A DNA stretch of 63,203 bases, counting the filler, from Candidatus Fermentibacterota bacterium (GTDB taxonomy: Bacteria > JAFGKV01), in NCBI GenBank assembly GCA_016928395.1. It is 6 parts of 6 records of this genome, joined end to end, with 100 filler letters (N's around TTAATTAATTAA, not from the genome) between each part and the next. Parts side by side here need not be neighbours in the genome. Positions count along the whole stretch, not along the records: positions 1 to 11,656 come from JAFGKV010000114.1; 5 more parts are not named here. The stretch is one strand, 5' to 3'. The notes under the pieces were generated by a model. The model saw only the letters and a list, made by a program, of their open reading frames with translations. It made no database searches and was not told the DNA's origin. Made by a program: the position numbers and the translations under genes. The stretch's first letter is position 1, and the number at the start of each line of letters is the position of its first letter. Shown piece by piece: positions 1 to 10,108 of this stretch.

Positions 1-1
1 G

Positions 2-556
2 GCCTACGGGGTGCTTCTGAGCCCCGGCAGGGGCGTCTTCGTCTACAGCCCCTATCTCCTTCTCACGCTGGTGGCGATCCTGGCAGGTTGGAGGCGCCTG
101 AAGACGAACCCTCTGTTCTGGTTGTCGGCCGCATGGTTTGCCGTCCACACGCTGACGGTCGCCAGACCGTTCCGATGGCATGGAGGTCACTGCTTCGGAA
201 GCAGGATGTACCTCGATGCGTTTTCATCCCTGATGCTGCTCACTCTGCTGGCGTGGCAGGCGCGCCCGACTCGCCGATCCCGGCTCCTCGGGCTCGCCCT
301 GGGCATCGCTGTGGGGTTCGGCGTGTTCATCAACACTTACCAGGGCATGTTCAACCGGAATACGATTCTCTGGAATCGGGATCCCAACGTGGATGTCTAT
401 TCCCGCCAACTCCTTGACTGGCGTTATCCGCTCTTCCTCGCCAGTCCCTCGCAGCTTGAGGCAAGGGCAGCCGAACACGAGAGGTGGCTCGCCGAAAGAG
501 CGGAGAAGGCCCTGAACCTCCCCGGGCTGCGGGTCGACCTCAACAAGGGGCCGTGA
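2..556 (+). CDS. Multi-pass membrane protein, GT-C/glycosyltransferase-39-like, C-terminal part (5' truncated by window)
   Basis: Frame open from window start; hydrophobic helices; motifs SPGRGVFVYSP and WHGGHCFGSRMY typical of GT-C-like membrane proteins. Confidence 0.55.
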   Translation, partial: AYGVLLSPGRGVFVYSPYLLLTLVAILAGWRRLKTNPLFWLSAAWFAVHTLTVARPFRWHGGHCFGSRMYLDAFSSLMLLTLLAWQARPTRRSRLLGLALGIAVGFGVFINTYQGMFNRNTILWNRDPNVDVYSRQLLDWRYPLFLASPSQLEARAAEHERWLAERAEKALNLPGLRVDLNKGP

Positions 557-790
557 GATCCATGGCGTTGACGCCGCGGCCTTCTCGCGTATACCACTCC
601 CCCATCTATCCGCCTACCCAGTTGGCCTTCCGCCGCCCTTTCTCGCCCCTTTGCTTCCTCGCTCATCTGTACCTCATCCGCACTCCGCCATTGTGTTTCC
701 CGCCTGGCCGGGCTTCTTTTGTTGGGGTATTCCCACACCAGCGAGCAGGCGGCACATGCACAGCGCGAGCTGAACGACCAGAAGGACATC

Positions 791-2986
791 ATGCCGGACA
801 GGCGCACCGAGGACACCCAGCTTAGCATTGCCCTGCCCTCTCCTGGCGAGAGCGAGGTCGCCGGGATCATCGGTACCATCGAACGAGTCGTGTTCCACAA
901 CGGTGAAAGCGGGTGGAGCGTCCTGCGCGTGACCTCAGAGGGCAGCCTCATTACCGTAGTAGGGGTGACAGGGATCCTGGCCGAAGGCGAAACCATCGAG
1001 GCTTCGGGCCGGTGGGTAGAGAATCCCCGGTTCGGGCGCCAGTTCCAGGCAGAGACGGTGCGGGTGCGCGGCCCGTCAACCCTGGAGGGCATGAAACGAT
1101 ACCTGGCGACATGCGGCCTTCCGGGCGTTCGTGAACGATTGGCTGAGCGGCTTGTTGATGAATTTGGGCTTCAGACCTTCGATGTTCTCTCATCAGGCTC
1201 CGACAGTATCCGCGCAGTGGCCGGTATCGGGCGCAAGAAGGCTGCCCGGATCTGCGGAGCGTGGTCTGCCGTGAAAGCCGAGCGGGAAGTCCTGGTGGAG
1301 CTGCTGGGGCTGGGGCTTGGCGTCGGCGTGGCCAATCGTGTCACCAAGGAATACGGTAACCGAGCGCCCGGAGTCGTTCGCAGCAACCCGTACGAAGTTG
1401 CCGACCGCGTGGATGGCATCGGGTTCCGAACGGCCGATCGCATCGCCGAACAGGTTGGTATCGAGCCCACGTCATCCTTCCGCATAGCAGCCGGCATCGT
1501 GTTCGCCTTGAAGCAAGCTCTGGATGAGGGGCACACCTTCCTGCCGGCCGAGGATCTGGTGAGGCGTTCGGGAGAACTACTGGGCGTCGAAGTCGCCCTC
1601 ATTTCTGAGGAGCTGGAAAACCTGGTGGGGCACGCCAGGCTGGCTGCCGACGGTGAATCAGTCTACCTGCCCTCCGTGCTGCAGATGGAAATCCGGGTGG
1701 CCCAGGCATTGGCCGGCAGGAGCCGCGCCGTAACGGATTTCGCCGCCTTGAGCCCGGCGGAAGAGCGGCTCTTGGTCGAGCTTGACGATGACCAGAGGGC
1801 CGCAGTGCGCAGGGCGTTTACCGCAGGGGTCGTGGTGGTCACAGGCGGTCCGGGCACAGGGAAGACCACGTTGGTGCGCCAGGTGTGCCACGTGTGCGCG
1901 GCCAGGGAACTGCGCGTCATCCTGTGCGCGCCCACCGGGCGCGCGGCACGGCGTATGGCGGAGGCCACAGGCAGGCGGGCCTCCACCATTCACCGGCTTC
2001 TCGAAATAGACCCGCTGACCATGACTTTCACGAGAAACCAGAGCAACCCCCTGAAGGCGGATCTGGTCGTGGTGGATGAATCGTCCATGGTGGATCTCCC
2101 GCTCATGGACAGCCTGGTTGCCGCGTTGCCAAAGCGGGGCACTTTGCTCCTGGTGGGTGACGCGGATCAGCTCCCCCCCGTGGGCCCGGGTGCCGTGTTC
2201 AAGGAAACGGTGGCCTCGGGAACGGTACCCGTCTCCCGTCTGACAACCATCCATCGCCAGGCCCTGGGAAGCCTCATCGTGATCAATGCTCACCGCGTCA
2301 ATCGGGGGCTGCTTCCCGTCGAGGAATCGGAGGGCTGCACCCAAGACCTGTTCATCATCAAACGAGACGAACCTGAGGCACTGCTTGCAGCCGTGCTGGA
2401 ACTGGTTGCCAGGCGCATCCCTGGCCTTCTCAAGATTGACCCGGCCCGCGATATTCAGGTATTGACGCCCATGCGGCGCGGTGTGCTGGGTACTGAGAAT
2501 CTCAATGCCCAGTTACAGGCTCTACTCAACCCTTCCGGCCTTGGCCTCACCCACGGTGACCGCACGCTGCGCGTCGGTGACCGAGTCATGCAAGTCAAGA
2601 ACGACTACGGCAAGATGGTCTTCAACGGCGAGCTGGGATCCATCGAGGCCGTTGACACGGAAGCCAAGCAGCTTACCATCTCGTTCGATGGCCGTGCGCT
2701 CCTCTATTCGACAGAAGACCTGGACGAGATCTCGCTGGCCTACGCATCCACGGTGCACAAGGCCCAGGGGAGTGAGTTTCCCGCCGCGGTGGTTCTGCTC
2801 CACACGCAGCACTATGTGATGCTGCGCAGGAATCTGCTCTACACCGCCCTGACCCGGGGCCGAGACCTCGTCGTCTTGATCGGAAGTCCCCGGGCCATCG
2901 CGATTGCCACGCGAAACGCACGCGCCGACGCTCGCTTTTCCCGCCTCGCCCAGCGCCTTGCCGACGCCATGGAATCGTGGAAATAG
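791..2986 (+). CDS. recD2: ATP-dependent RecD-like DNA helicase (RecD2, SF1B)
   Basis: N-terminal GTIERVVFHN/OB region, HhH repeats, Walker A GGPGTGKTT, motif II VVDESSM, VGDADQLPPVG, TVHKAQGSEF, LYTALTRG; ATG at 791 preceded by GAAGGA. Confidence 0.95.
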   Translation: MPDRRTEDTQLSIALPSPGESEVAGIIGTIERVVFHNGESGWSVLRVTSEGSLITVVGVTGILAEGETIEASGRWVENPRFGRQFQAETVRVRGPSTLEGMKRYLATCGLPGVRERLAERLVDEFGLQTFDVLSSGSDSIRAVAGIGRKKAARICGAWSAVKAEREVLVELLGLGLGVGVANRVTKEYGNRAPGVVRSNPYEVADRVDGIGFRTADRIAEQVGIEPTSSFRIAAGIVFALKQALDEGHTFLPAEDLVRRSGELLGVEVALISEELENLVGHARLAADGESVYLPSVLQMEIRVAQALAGRSRAVTDFAALSPAEERLLVELDDDQRAAVRRAFTAGVVVVTGGPGTGKTTLVRQVCHVCAARELRVILCAPTGRAARRMAEATGRRASTIHRLLEIDPLTMTFTRNQSNPLKADLVVVDESSMVDLPLMDSLVAALPKRGTLLLVGDADQLPPVGPGAVFKETVASGTVPVSRLTTIHRQALGSLIVINAHRVNRGLLPVEESEGCTQDLFIIKRDEPEALLAAVLELVARRIPGLLKIDPARDIQVLTPMRRGVLGTENLNAQLQALLNPSGLGLTHGDRTLRVGDRVMQVKNDYGKMVFNGELGSIEAVDTEAKQLTISFDGRALLYSTEDLDEISLAYASTVHKAQGSEFPAAVVLLHTQHYVMLRRNLLYTALTRGRDLVVLIGSPRAIAIATRNARADARFSRLAQRLADAMESWK

Positions 2987-3080
2987 CATCCATGCGAACG
3001 CTGTGGTGGAGCCTGTTCAGATCGTGGCAGCCATTGCACAGGGGACATCACCATATGGTGACTCCCGCTAGGAGGATGTC

Positions 3081-4190
3081 GTGACAAGACAATCGTGTCG
3101 ATTGGGAATTCTCACGGGCGGTGGTGACTGTCCGGGGCTCAACGCAGTGATTCGCGCAATCGCCAAATCTGCCATGAACTCGCTGGGCGCCACCATAATT
3201 GGTGTGGAGGACGGCTTCGAAGGCCTGGTTGAAGGTCGGATGAAGGAACTCTCCAATGCCGATGTCTCCGGCATCATCAACCAGGGCGGAACCATCTTGG
3301 GAACCTCCAACAAGGGCGACCCTTGGCACTATCCGATGGAAGGCCCCGATGGAGGGATAGAAATCGTTGACGCATCCTTCAGGACCTTGAAAAACTACAA
3401 GCGCTGGGGCCTGGATGCACTGATCGCCATCGGCGGTGACGGCACGATGCACATATCCCACCGCTGTGGCGAAATGGGCATGAACATCATCGGCGTGCCA
3501 AAGACAATCGACAATGACCTCCTCTGCACGGACCTCACTTTCGGGCATGACACGGCGGTCTATGTCGCTACGGAGGCAGTCGACAGGCTCCACACCACGG
3601 GCTCATCCCATCACCGGGTCATGGTGGTGGAGGTCATGGGCCGATATGCAGGCTGGATCGCCGCATCCGCCGGATTGGCCGGTGGGGCCGACATCATCCT
3701 CATTCCCGAGATTCCCTTCCGGTGGGAACCCGTGTTCAACTGTGTCATCAAACGCAGCACCAGGGGTAAACGGTTCAGTATTGTCTGCGTCGCGGAAGGC
3801 GCGCAATGCCCCGAGGTCGGCGAGGTGGTGAAGAGCTACGATGTCAAACGCACCGATGCAAAACAACTTGGCGGCGTCGGGGAATATGTGGGCAAGATGA
3901 TCACCGAAGCGACGGATATCGAAACCCGTGTCACCATACTCGGCCACCTCCAGCGGGGAGGCTCGCCGACACCCTTCGACCGCATCCTTGCCACCAAGTT
4001 CGGCACCAAGGCCACCGAACTGGTGGCGGAAGGCGCCTTCGGTCGAATGGCGGCACTGCAGTCCAACGAGATAGTCTCGGTCGACATCAAGGATGCCATC
4101 GAACGGCAGAAGCTCGTGCCTCCTGATCACGAAATCATCCGGGCAGCGCGGGCCGTCGGCACTTCGTTCGGTGATGAGGATGGCCGCTAA
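3081..4190 (+). CDS. pfkA: 6-phosphofructokinase (group III type, probably ATP-dependent)
   Basis: TGGGDCPGLN, IGGDGT, PKTIDND, EVMGR, LGHLQRGG motifs; AGGAGG RBS before GTG. Confidence 0.95.
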   Translation: MTRQSCRLGILTGGGDCPGLNAVIRAIAKSAMNSLGATIIGVEDGFEGLVEGRMKELSNADVSGIINQGGTILGTSNKGDPWHYPMEGPDGGIEIVDASFRTLKNYKRWGLDALIAIGGDGTMHISHRCGEMGMNIIGVPKTIDNDLLCTDLTFGHDTAVYVATEAVDRLHTTGSSHHRVMVVEVMGRYAGWIAASAGLAGGADIILIPEIPFRWEPVFNCVIKRSTRGKRFSIVCVAEGAQCPEVGEVVKSYDVKRTDAKQLGGVGEYVGKMITEATDIETRVTILGHLQRGGSPTPFDRILATKFGTKATELVAEGAFGRMAALQSNEIVSVDIKDAIERQKLVPPDHEIIRAARAVGTSFGDEDGR

Positions 4191-5598
4191 GTCCTCCACT
4201 GGGGGAATCCGAATGGCGGGCATGGCATCGATGGCTTCTCACACCGGTGACCTGACGTACACATCTTTGATCGCACAGCATGCGGGGTCTGTGGCGGGCG
4301 ACGCGCCAACTGCTCTCGCATTCGTTGATCTTGATCACTTTAAGAGCGTCAATGATGCCTTCGGTCATGACACCGGGGACGCAGTGCTGCGGGAGTTGTC
4401 CGCGAGGATCAGGCAGAGCCTGCGTGAAGACGATACCGTGATCCGCTGTGACGGTGATGAATTCCTGGTCATTCTCCCCGGATTGAGCACCGAGGTGGCG
4501 GAGACCGTGGCAGAACGAATCCTGCAGTCTGTCTCCTCTGCTCCCTTCGGCGGCTCGGCGTCGCTGGTGCTCACCGCCAGCGCGGGTGTCGCCGTAGCTC
4601 CCGATGACGGGGCAACCTTTCAGGACCTAATGGAACGCGCTGAGATCCGCCTCTACGCTGCAAAGGCGCGGGGCCGTAATGTGGTGATCAGCTGCGACGT
4701 GACACCTTCATCCGGCATGCTTCTCGATGAGATGGCTACTCGTGCGGGGTGCCATGCCGCTGCGAATGCTCTGCATCGATTTCTGGATGCCCTGCCTGAG
4801 AAGAGACGCGGGGTGTTCGAGGTCTCGGGTAGGATTGGCAGCGGGAGGGACAGCTTCCTCACCAAGGCCGGCGAAGCCGCGCGATTGCGTGGCTTCAACG
4901 TCATGCGACTGACCGGTAGACTCGAAACTCAGCACGAGAGCTACGCAACCATACGCGAAGCCATGGGAAGCAACGCAAGCTGCCTCGACGATCCGAAGAC
5001 CAGCCTGCGCCGTTTTGTCGCGGCGTTGGGTACGGGTTCGACCGTACTTGTGGTAGACGAACTGCAGCGTGTCGACACTGACAGCCAGGCCGCGCTATCG
5101 TGGCTCTTGGAATCCGATCTTGGCCCCGTGGGCATCGTCTACTCAAGCGACCGAGCCGCGTGTGGCGCAGTTCGCTCCCCGGGGACATCGCTGTGGGTGA
5201 CGGTTGAACTCCTTCCCCTGTCGCTGCCCGAACTAAGAGTGATGCTGCGCAGCCTTCTCCAATGGGAGCCTCCAGAAGACTTCGTGGCCTGGCTGTACGA
5301 CCACACGCAGGGCTTGCCCGGCTTCGTGCAGAAGGGATTGCGGTGGCTTCTGGACAGAGGCGTCATCGAGCGGAGCAAAGGCGAATGGACGTTCCATCGG
5401 GACGTGAGCGGGATCCCCTTGAGCCAGCGCATCGGGCTGCCGCGACGGGCCCCTCCCGGCGATCAGCCCGCGGCCTCTTCAGAGGGCGTCCGGTCATCCG
5501 GCTTGAACTCGATATTCCACGAGATTCCTCCCTCATTGCCTGATACCGCGACGGCTGATGACCGCCCGGGGAATGAGGGCTCAAGACCTGGAGAGTAG
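4180..5598 (+). CDS. GGDEF-domain (degenerate DGDEF) + AAA/STAND-like ATPase-domain protein
   Basis: DLDHFKSVNDAFGHDTGD...RCDGDEF...LYAAKARGRN; then GRIGSGRDS, LVVDELQRVD, TQGLPGFV; ATG at 4180 overlaps pfkA end (start uncertain). Confidence 0.8.
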   Translation: MAAKSSTGGIRMAGMASMASHTGDLTYTSLIAQHAGSVAGDAPTALAFVDLDHFKSVNDAFGHDTGDAVLRELSARIRQSLREDDTVIRCDGDEFLVILPGLSTEVAETVAERILQSVSSAPFGGSASLVLTASAGVAVAPDDGATFQDLMERAEIRLYAAKARGRNVVISCDVTPSSGMLLDEMATRAGCHAAANALHRFLDALPEKRRGVFEVSGRIGSGRDSFLTKAGEAARLRGFNVMRLTGRLETQHESYATIREAMGSNASCLDDPKTSLRRFVAALGTGSTVLVVDELQRVDTDSQAALSWLLESDLGPVGIVYSSDRAACGAVRSPGTSLWVTVELLPLSLPELRVMLRSLLQWEPPEDFVAWLYDHTQGLPGFVQKGLRWLLDRGVIERSKGEWTFHRDVSGIPLSQRIGLPRRAPPGDQPAASSEGVRSSGLNSIFHEIPPSLPDTATADDRPGNEGSRPGE

Positions 5599-5814
5599 AA
5601 TCGTCCCGCTACGAGCCTTCTCGCGCTCGTTTTCGTTCCCACCTCACGTCGCGGCCCCTTTCCCTCTTCACTCCGTCTCCATTCTCCGAGCTCGCGTCCC
5701 CAGCCTGAGCATTCCGTTGTCTGGCTGCATCAGCCCGCTCTTCCCTGTGGCACGCATCCTCTCAGTTTTACTCTGCCTGGGCGTCTGCCCTGACGCCCCG
5801 CCCCCTGCATAACC

Positions 5815-7347
5815 GTGGCACGCCCCGAACCCTCGGCATGCTCACCGCACGCTCACCGCGTTCTGCTTGTCTTCCCCCCCCATACCCGGAATACCGAACC
5901 CCCTTTGGGCTTGGGACTCATTGCCGCGTTTCTGAAGTCCTCCGGGATTCCCTGTCGCCTCATCGACCTCACTACCTATGCCGGCCCACAACTAGCGCTG
6001 ACCGCCGAACCCATCGCCACCCATCGGTCGCGACGGGCGGCTCGACACATACGCGAGGCCGTTGATGTCCTGCGAACGCCCGCTGGCTATGAAGAGCGTT
6101 CCCGCTACCGATCCTCCATCGAGTTCTATGCATCGGCACTCCAGGCTGCGTCGGCGAACAAACCCTGGCATCTCACCCCGAGCGACTTCATTGACTCCCG
6201 CATCATCGATTTTGGGCCATGGGCCGCCGAGAAGGCAGTGTCCATCGCATGGGAGACGCCATGGATTCCCGTGTATGACGAAGTGCTCGCGGGGAGCCTT
6301 GACCAGTTCTTGCCAACCCTCGTCGGCATTTCGGTCACCTACCGCCCCCAATTCCTGCCCGCCCTGAGTTTGGCGGCCTGGCTGCGACGCCACGCTCCTT
6401 CGCTCCCCGTAGTGTGGGGAGGACCGTTTCTCGATTCCCTGCCCAAGGACACTCTGGCGTGGATGTCAGCGTTCGCGGGCACCGTGATCCAGGGGCCGGG
6501 AGAGCAGGGGCTCGCACGCATCCTCCGCATACCGCCTCCCGCGGCTGGCTTGTTCCGCGACCCATGCTTCGATGACCTTGACCACCATTCGTACTTCTCG
6601 CCACTGCCCGTTGTTCCTCTGGCTGCGTCTCGAGGGTGCGTCTGGCGGAGATGTGCCTTCTGCGCCGAGTCAACGGGTCAATTCTGTGCCGATGGACTCG
6701 ATGAACTGTTCGCGAGAATTGCGCGCCTGGCAGATTGTCATCAGAAGTGCCTGATACACTTCACCGATAATGCCATCCCGCCGGCCACACTCTCGGCATT
6801 GGCGGCCCGGGGAGCACCCGCACCGTGGTATGGGTTTGTCAGGCCAACCGCTGCCCTGGCCGACTACGGTCTTGTACAGGCCTTGGCCGACAGCGGGTGC
6901 TCGATGCTGCAGTTGGGGCTGGAGACCGCATCTCAGGGGCTACTGGACCACATGCGCAAAGGAGTTGATTCTACCTTGTACCCCAGCATCCTCGCGAATC
7001 TCAGGCGCGCCGGGATCAAGAGCTATGCCTACCTGCTCTTTGGGTTTCCCGGCGAAGGCGAGGCTGATCGGGAGGAGACCCTGCGGTTCTGCGCCGAACA
7101 TCCCGCCGACTTCCTCAACGCGTCACTCTTCAGCCTTCCTCCCAATGCCGTTGCCGCGAGAGACTCCCGTGACTTTGACCTCGATCTCATTGCGTCGCCC
7201 GGCGACCGCTATCTCCGTGTTGTGGATGACACCAGGCCCCGGCTGCGTCGTTGGCTGTCCGGCTCCTTCCTCCGCCACCCGACAGTAAGAACCATGGCCA
7301 CCCGCACGCCGCGCTACTTCAAGTCGAGTCACGCACCGTTCCTGTGA
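5815..7347 (+). CDS. Cobalamin-binding radical SAM protein (class B methyltransferase-like)
   Basis: PPLGLGLIAAFL, LVGISVT, VVWGGP, GPGE B12-domain motifs; SRGCVWRRCAFC cluster motif; GLET..LLDHMRKG, LLFGFPGE. Confidence 0.85.
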   Translation: MARPEPSACSPHAHRVLLVFPPHTRNTEPPLGLGLIAAFLKSSGIPCRLIDLTTYAGPQLALTAEPIATHRSRRAARHIREAVDVLRTPAGYEERSRYRSSIEFYASALQAASANKPWHLTPSDFIDSRIIDFGPWAAEKAVSIAWETPWIPVYDEVLAGSLDQFLPTLVGISVTYRPQFLPALSLAAWLRRHAPSLPVVWGGPFLDSLPKDTLAWMSAFAGTVIQGPGEQGLARILRIPPPAAGLFRDPCFDDLDHHSYFSPLPVVPLAASRGCVWRRCAFCAESTGQFCADGLDELFARIARLADCHQKCLIHFTDNAIPPATLSALAARGAPAPWYGFVRPTAALADYGLVQALADSGCSMLQLGLETASQGLLDHMRKGVDSTLYPSILANLRRAGIKSYAYLLFGFPGEGEADREETLRFCAEHPADFLNASLFSLPPNAVAARDSRDFDLDLIASPGDRYLRVVDDTRPRLRRWLSGSFLRHPTVRTMATRTPRYFKSSHAPFL

Positions 7348-7756
7348 CCGATCGGTACCGGCTCCCAGGATAGTGTCTTCTCGATCGCAGCACTCCCCTT
7401 GCCGAATGCTCGATCTGCTCGCGCCGGCTCTTCACATCGCCGAGGCCCCGAGACCCCGCTGAGTTGCAGCGCCAAATGCGCCCTCGGCAGACACAGTTTG
7501 CCCATTCTCGATCTGTCAAATCTCACGCCTGATACCCCAGGCGGCTCGTTGGGGATGGCAGCGCGTGGCTGGGCATGGTTCCGGATGGCCTTTGGAGCAC
7601 CGGGTCGGTCTGAAGGACGATGTGACCGCGAAGCGAGCTGGCGGGGCGAGCCGATGCCGGCACTACCCGTTGCGAGGCTCCGGGGTGGGGCGCGCCAAGA
7701 ACGCCGGAAGGCCACCGCGCGGACGCGGCGGCCTTCCAAACCAGGTGAGGATGCCC

Positions 7757-10108
7757 TTAGTGGACGACTACTCTCCGCACCAGCACATTCTGCCCGGCAG
7801 TGGCGCGTACCAGGTACGTGCCCGCCGGAAGAGTCGCAGTGGTCCAGGGTATCGACAGACTGCCTGCGTCGGACTGGCCGCTCCAGAGCGGGGATACCAT
7901 GCGGCCCCCGAGATCGAAGGCCGCGACGGTTACGGCGGCGCTCGACGGGAGTTCCAGCCACACGGTCGCCTCGTCCCGGACGGGATTGGGTGCAACCTCC
8001 AGCCCCATGGCCACGGGCAGGGTTGACGGAACGCTGACGGTGAGCGGACCGTACAGCGTGGCGGCACCCTGTACGTCTACCTGTTCCAGCCAGTAATGGT
8101 ATGTGTCACCAACAGCGATCCCATCATCGACGAACGAGTAGTCCCGGGGTTCCATGGTCGTGCCCACTCCGGGGATGAGCTCGTGGTTGAGCAGGATCTT
8201 GGCGCCGTCGTCTCCGGCGGCGCGGTAGACATTGAAGCCAAGATTGTCAATCTCGGAGAGTGTCGTCCACCGCAAAACAACGGCGCCTGCGATTGCCTCG
8301 GCGGAGAACGACGAGAGCTCAACGGGCACATAGTTGTTGTAGGCCAACCACGCATCCGAACGGCCCCAGCCGAAGACGTGATCATAGCCCGCAGTCCCAC
8401 AGTCGACCGCTGCCGAGCTGGACTTCATCATGTTCCGCACCTGCGTTGCCGTCCAGCTTGGCACCGAGCCCCAGAGCTGGGCGACGATTCCGGCAATATG
8501 CGGCGCCGCGGCGCTGGTGCCGCCGAACGTCGTGGGGAAACCCCCTGCACCCGTGACGCTAACCATGTCGCACCCGACGACATCCGGCTTGTCACGCTCG
8601 GCCTTGGAACCAAAGGAAATGGTGACCGGTCCCTGTGATGAGAACGCCTCGATGGTGCTGGGAGTGCTGTAGTTGACGGCGCCGGCCGTGACGGCATTCG
8701 TGACGGCAGGGTGGCCGAAGATCGAGTTCACCGGTGTGATGTTGTTGGAGTAGTTGCCCGCGCTGCCGCCGAAGTACAGGAAGAGTTCGAGGGTCTTGGC
8801 GGCACCGCTATAGAGGTCTACGATGATGGCGAAATCCCCCGCCGTTGCACCCGTGGCCTGGTACTGCAGGTCTTCATAGGGATCAGGGTAGCCCCCGCTT
8901 TGGTCATTGACGCTGTTGGCGACGACCGCGCTGGTCGCATAGCTGTACAGGTAAAGATCGTAGTCGTTGACCGCGGAGCCGAATTGGTCGTTCCACTGGA
9001 AGACCACGTAGATGATCCCATTGGCGGCAAGGTTGGCGTAGACGTAATAATCGGTGCCGTCACCGCTGAAGTCGTGCTGGGTCGATGACGGTATGGGATA
9101 GTAGTCACCCTGGTAGTGGCTCTGGCCGTCATTGCCGGCCGCTGACACGTAGACGATGTTGTTGCTGGCGAGGACAGTGGTCAGATGCGAGGCCACGGTG
9201 CCATCTTCGAAGAACGGCTCCTGGAGCCAGCCGATGTCGTCACAGACGACGTCGCACCCCGCCGACACGAGATCACTGATGGCCGAGTTGAACTGGACGG
9301 CATTGTTCCCGCAGTCATGGAAGTACAGACCCGCGCCCGGGACCAGGTCATGGACGATCTCCAGCATGGCAGTGCCCTCGTCGCCGCCGACGGCGTTGCT
9401 CAGGACCGTCAGTCCCGCCCCGTCAGCCGGAAGGTCTCCGGTAGCCTGCGCCTCATCACGGTTGGAGACTCCGTCGGAGATGATACCCACATTGATTCCC
9501 GTACCATTCTCACCATAGGTGGAACGGACATCGTCGGTCTGATGAACCGCATCTCCCTGAGTATTGACTGACCCCGTGCGCGTTGCAGGCGGGGTAACTT
9601 GCTTGATGGAGCGTACCGCATCGCTCGCGGCGAGCGTTCGCAGGTCCTTCACCTTGACCCACGCTACGGCCAGGTGATTGGCTTCATCTCGATCGGTTAC
9701 CTGCATGACCAAGGGATCTACCGCGCTGGTGGCGGCATGGTCTGCCAGGGAGATGTAGCAGTAGATGCGGCCTTCATCGATTTGCGCCGCGATAGTCGGT
9801 TCCGAGCGGGCGGGCTCGAATCGAGCCGCCTGTTCCATCGTGGCCGCATGCTCGGCTCGGGTCGTGGCGGGAGGGAGGAATCGCTCATCCACCAACTGCA
9901 AGAGCGGCGAGCTGATCTTCGCCTCGGTGGGCGTGCGGTCGGGCCGTGCTGGTACGGACAGTACAGCCCCGCTCAAAGGAGCAAAAGGTGAGACCTCCGT
10001 ATCGGCGGTGGCAGTCGACGCCATTGCGACGACGGCCAGCAGAGCCACGACAACGGAGGGGAGCAACCCGCGCCCCGCGGTGAACGACAGCGGCGCTGTG
10101 ATCGGCAT
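7757..10108 (-). CDS. Secreted S8/S53-like serine peptidase with C-terminal FlgD-Ig/T9SS-like sorting domain
   Basis: Signal peptide; GIISDG, DEGTAMLEIVHD, SAAGND, FGGTSAAAPH; PVELSSF module and APNP...TYLVR tail; AGGAGG RBS upstream of ATG at 10108. Confidence 0.9.
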   Translation of the reverse strand: MPITAPLSFTAGRGLLPSVVVALLAVVAMASTATADTEVSPFAPLSGAVLSVPARPDRTPTEAKISSPLLQLVDERFLPPATTRAEHAATMEQAARFEPARSEPTIAAQIDEGRIYCYISLADHAATSAVDPLVMQVTDRDEANHLAVAWVKVKDLRTLAASDAVRSIKQVTPPATRTGSVNTQGDAVHQTDDVRSTYGENGTGINVGIISDGVSNRDEAQATGDLPADGAGLTVLSNAVGGDEGTAMLEIVHDLVPGAGLYFHDCGNNAVQFNSAISDLVSAGCDVVCDDIGWLQEPFFEDGTVASHLTTVLASNNIVYVSAAGNDGQSHYQGDYYPIPSSTQHDFSGDGTDYYVYANLAANGIIYVVFQWNDQFGSAVNDYDLYLYSYATSAVVANSVNDQSGGYPDPYEDLQYQATGATAGDFAIIVDLYSGAAKTLELFLYFGGSAGNYSNNITPVNSIFGHPAVTNAVTAGAVNYSTPSTIEAFSSQGPVTISFGSKAERDKPDVVGCDMVSVTGAGGFPTTFGGTSAAAPHIAGIVAQLWGSVPSWTATQVRNMMKSSSAAVDCGTAGYDHVFGWGRSDAWLAYNNYVPVELSSFSAEAIAGAVVLRWTTLSEIDNLGFNVYRAAGDDGAKILLNHELIPGVGTTMEPRDYSFVDDGIAVGDTYHYWLEQVDVQGAATLYGPLTVSVPSTLPVAMGLEVAPNPVRDEATVWLELPSSAAVTVAAFDLGGRMVSPLWSGQSDAGSLSIPWTTATLPAGTYLVRATAGQNVLVRRVVVH

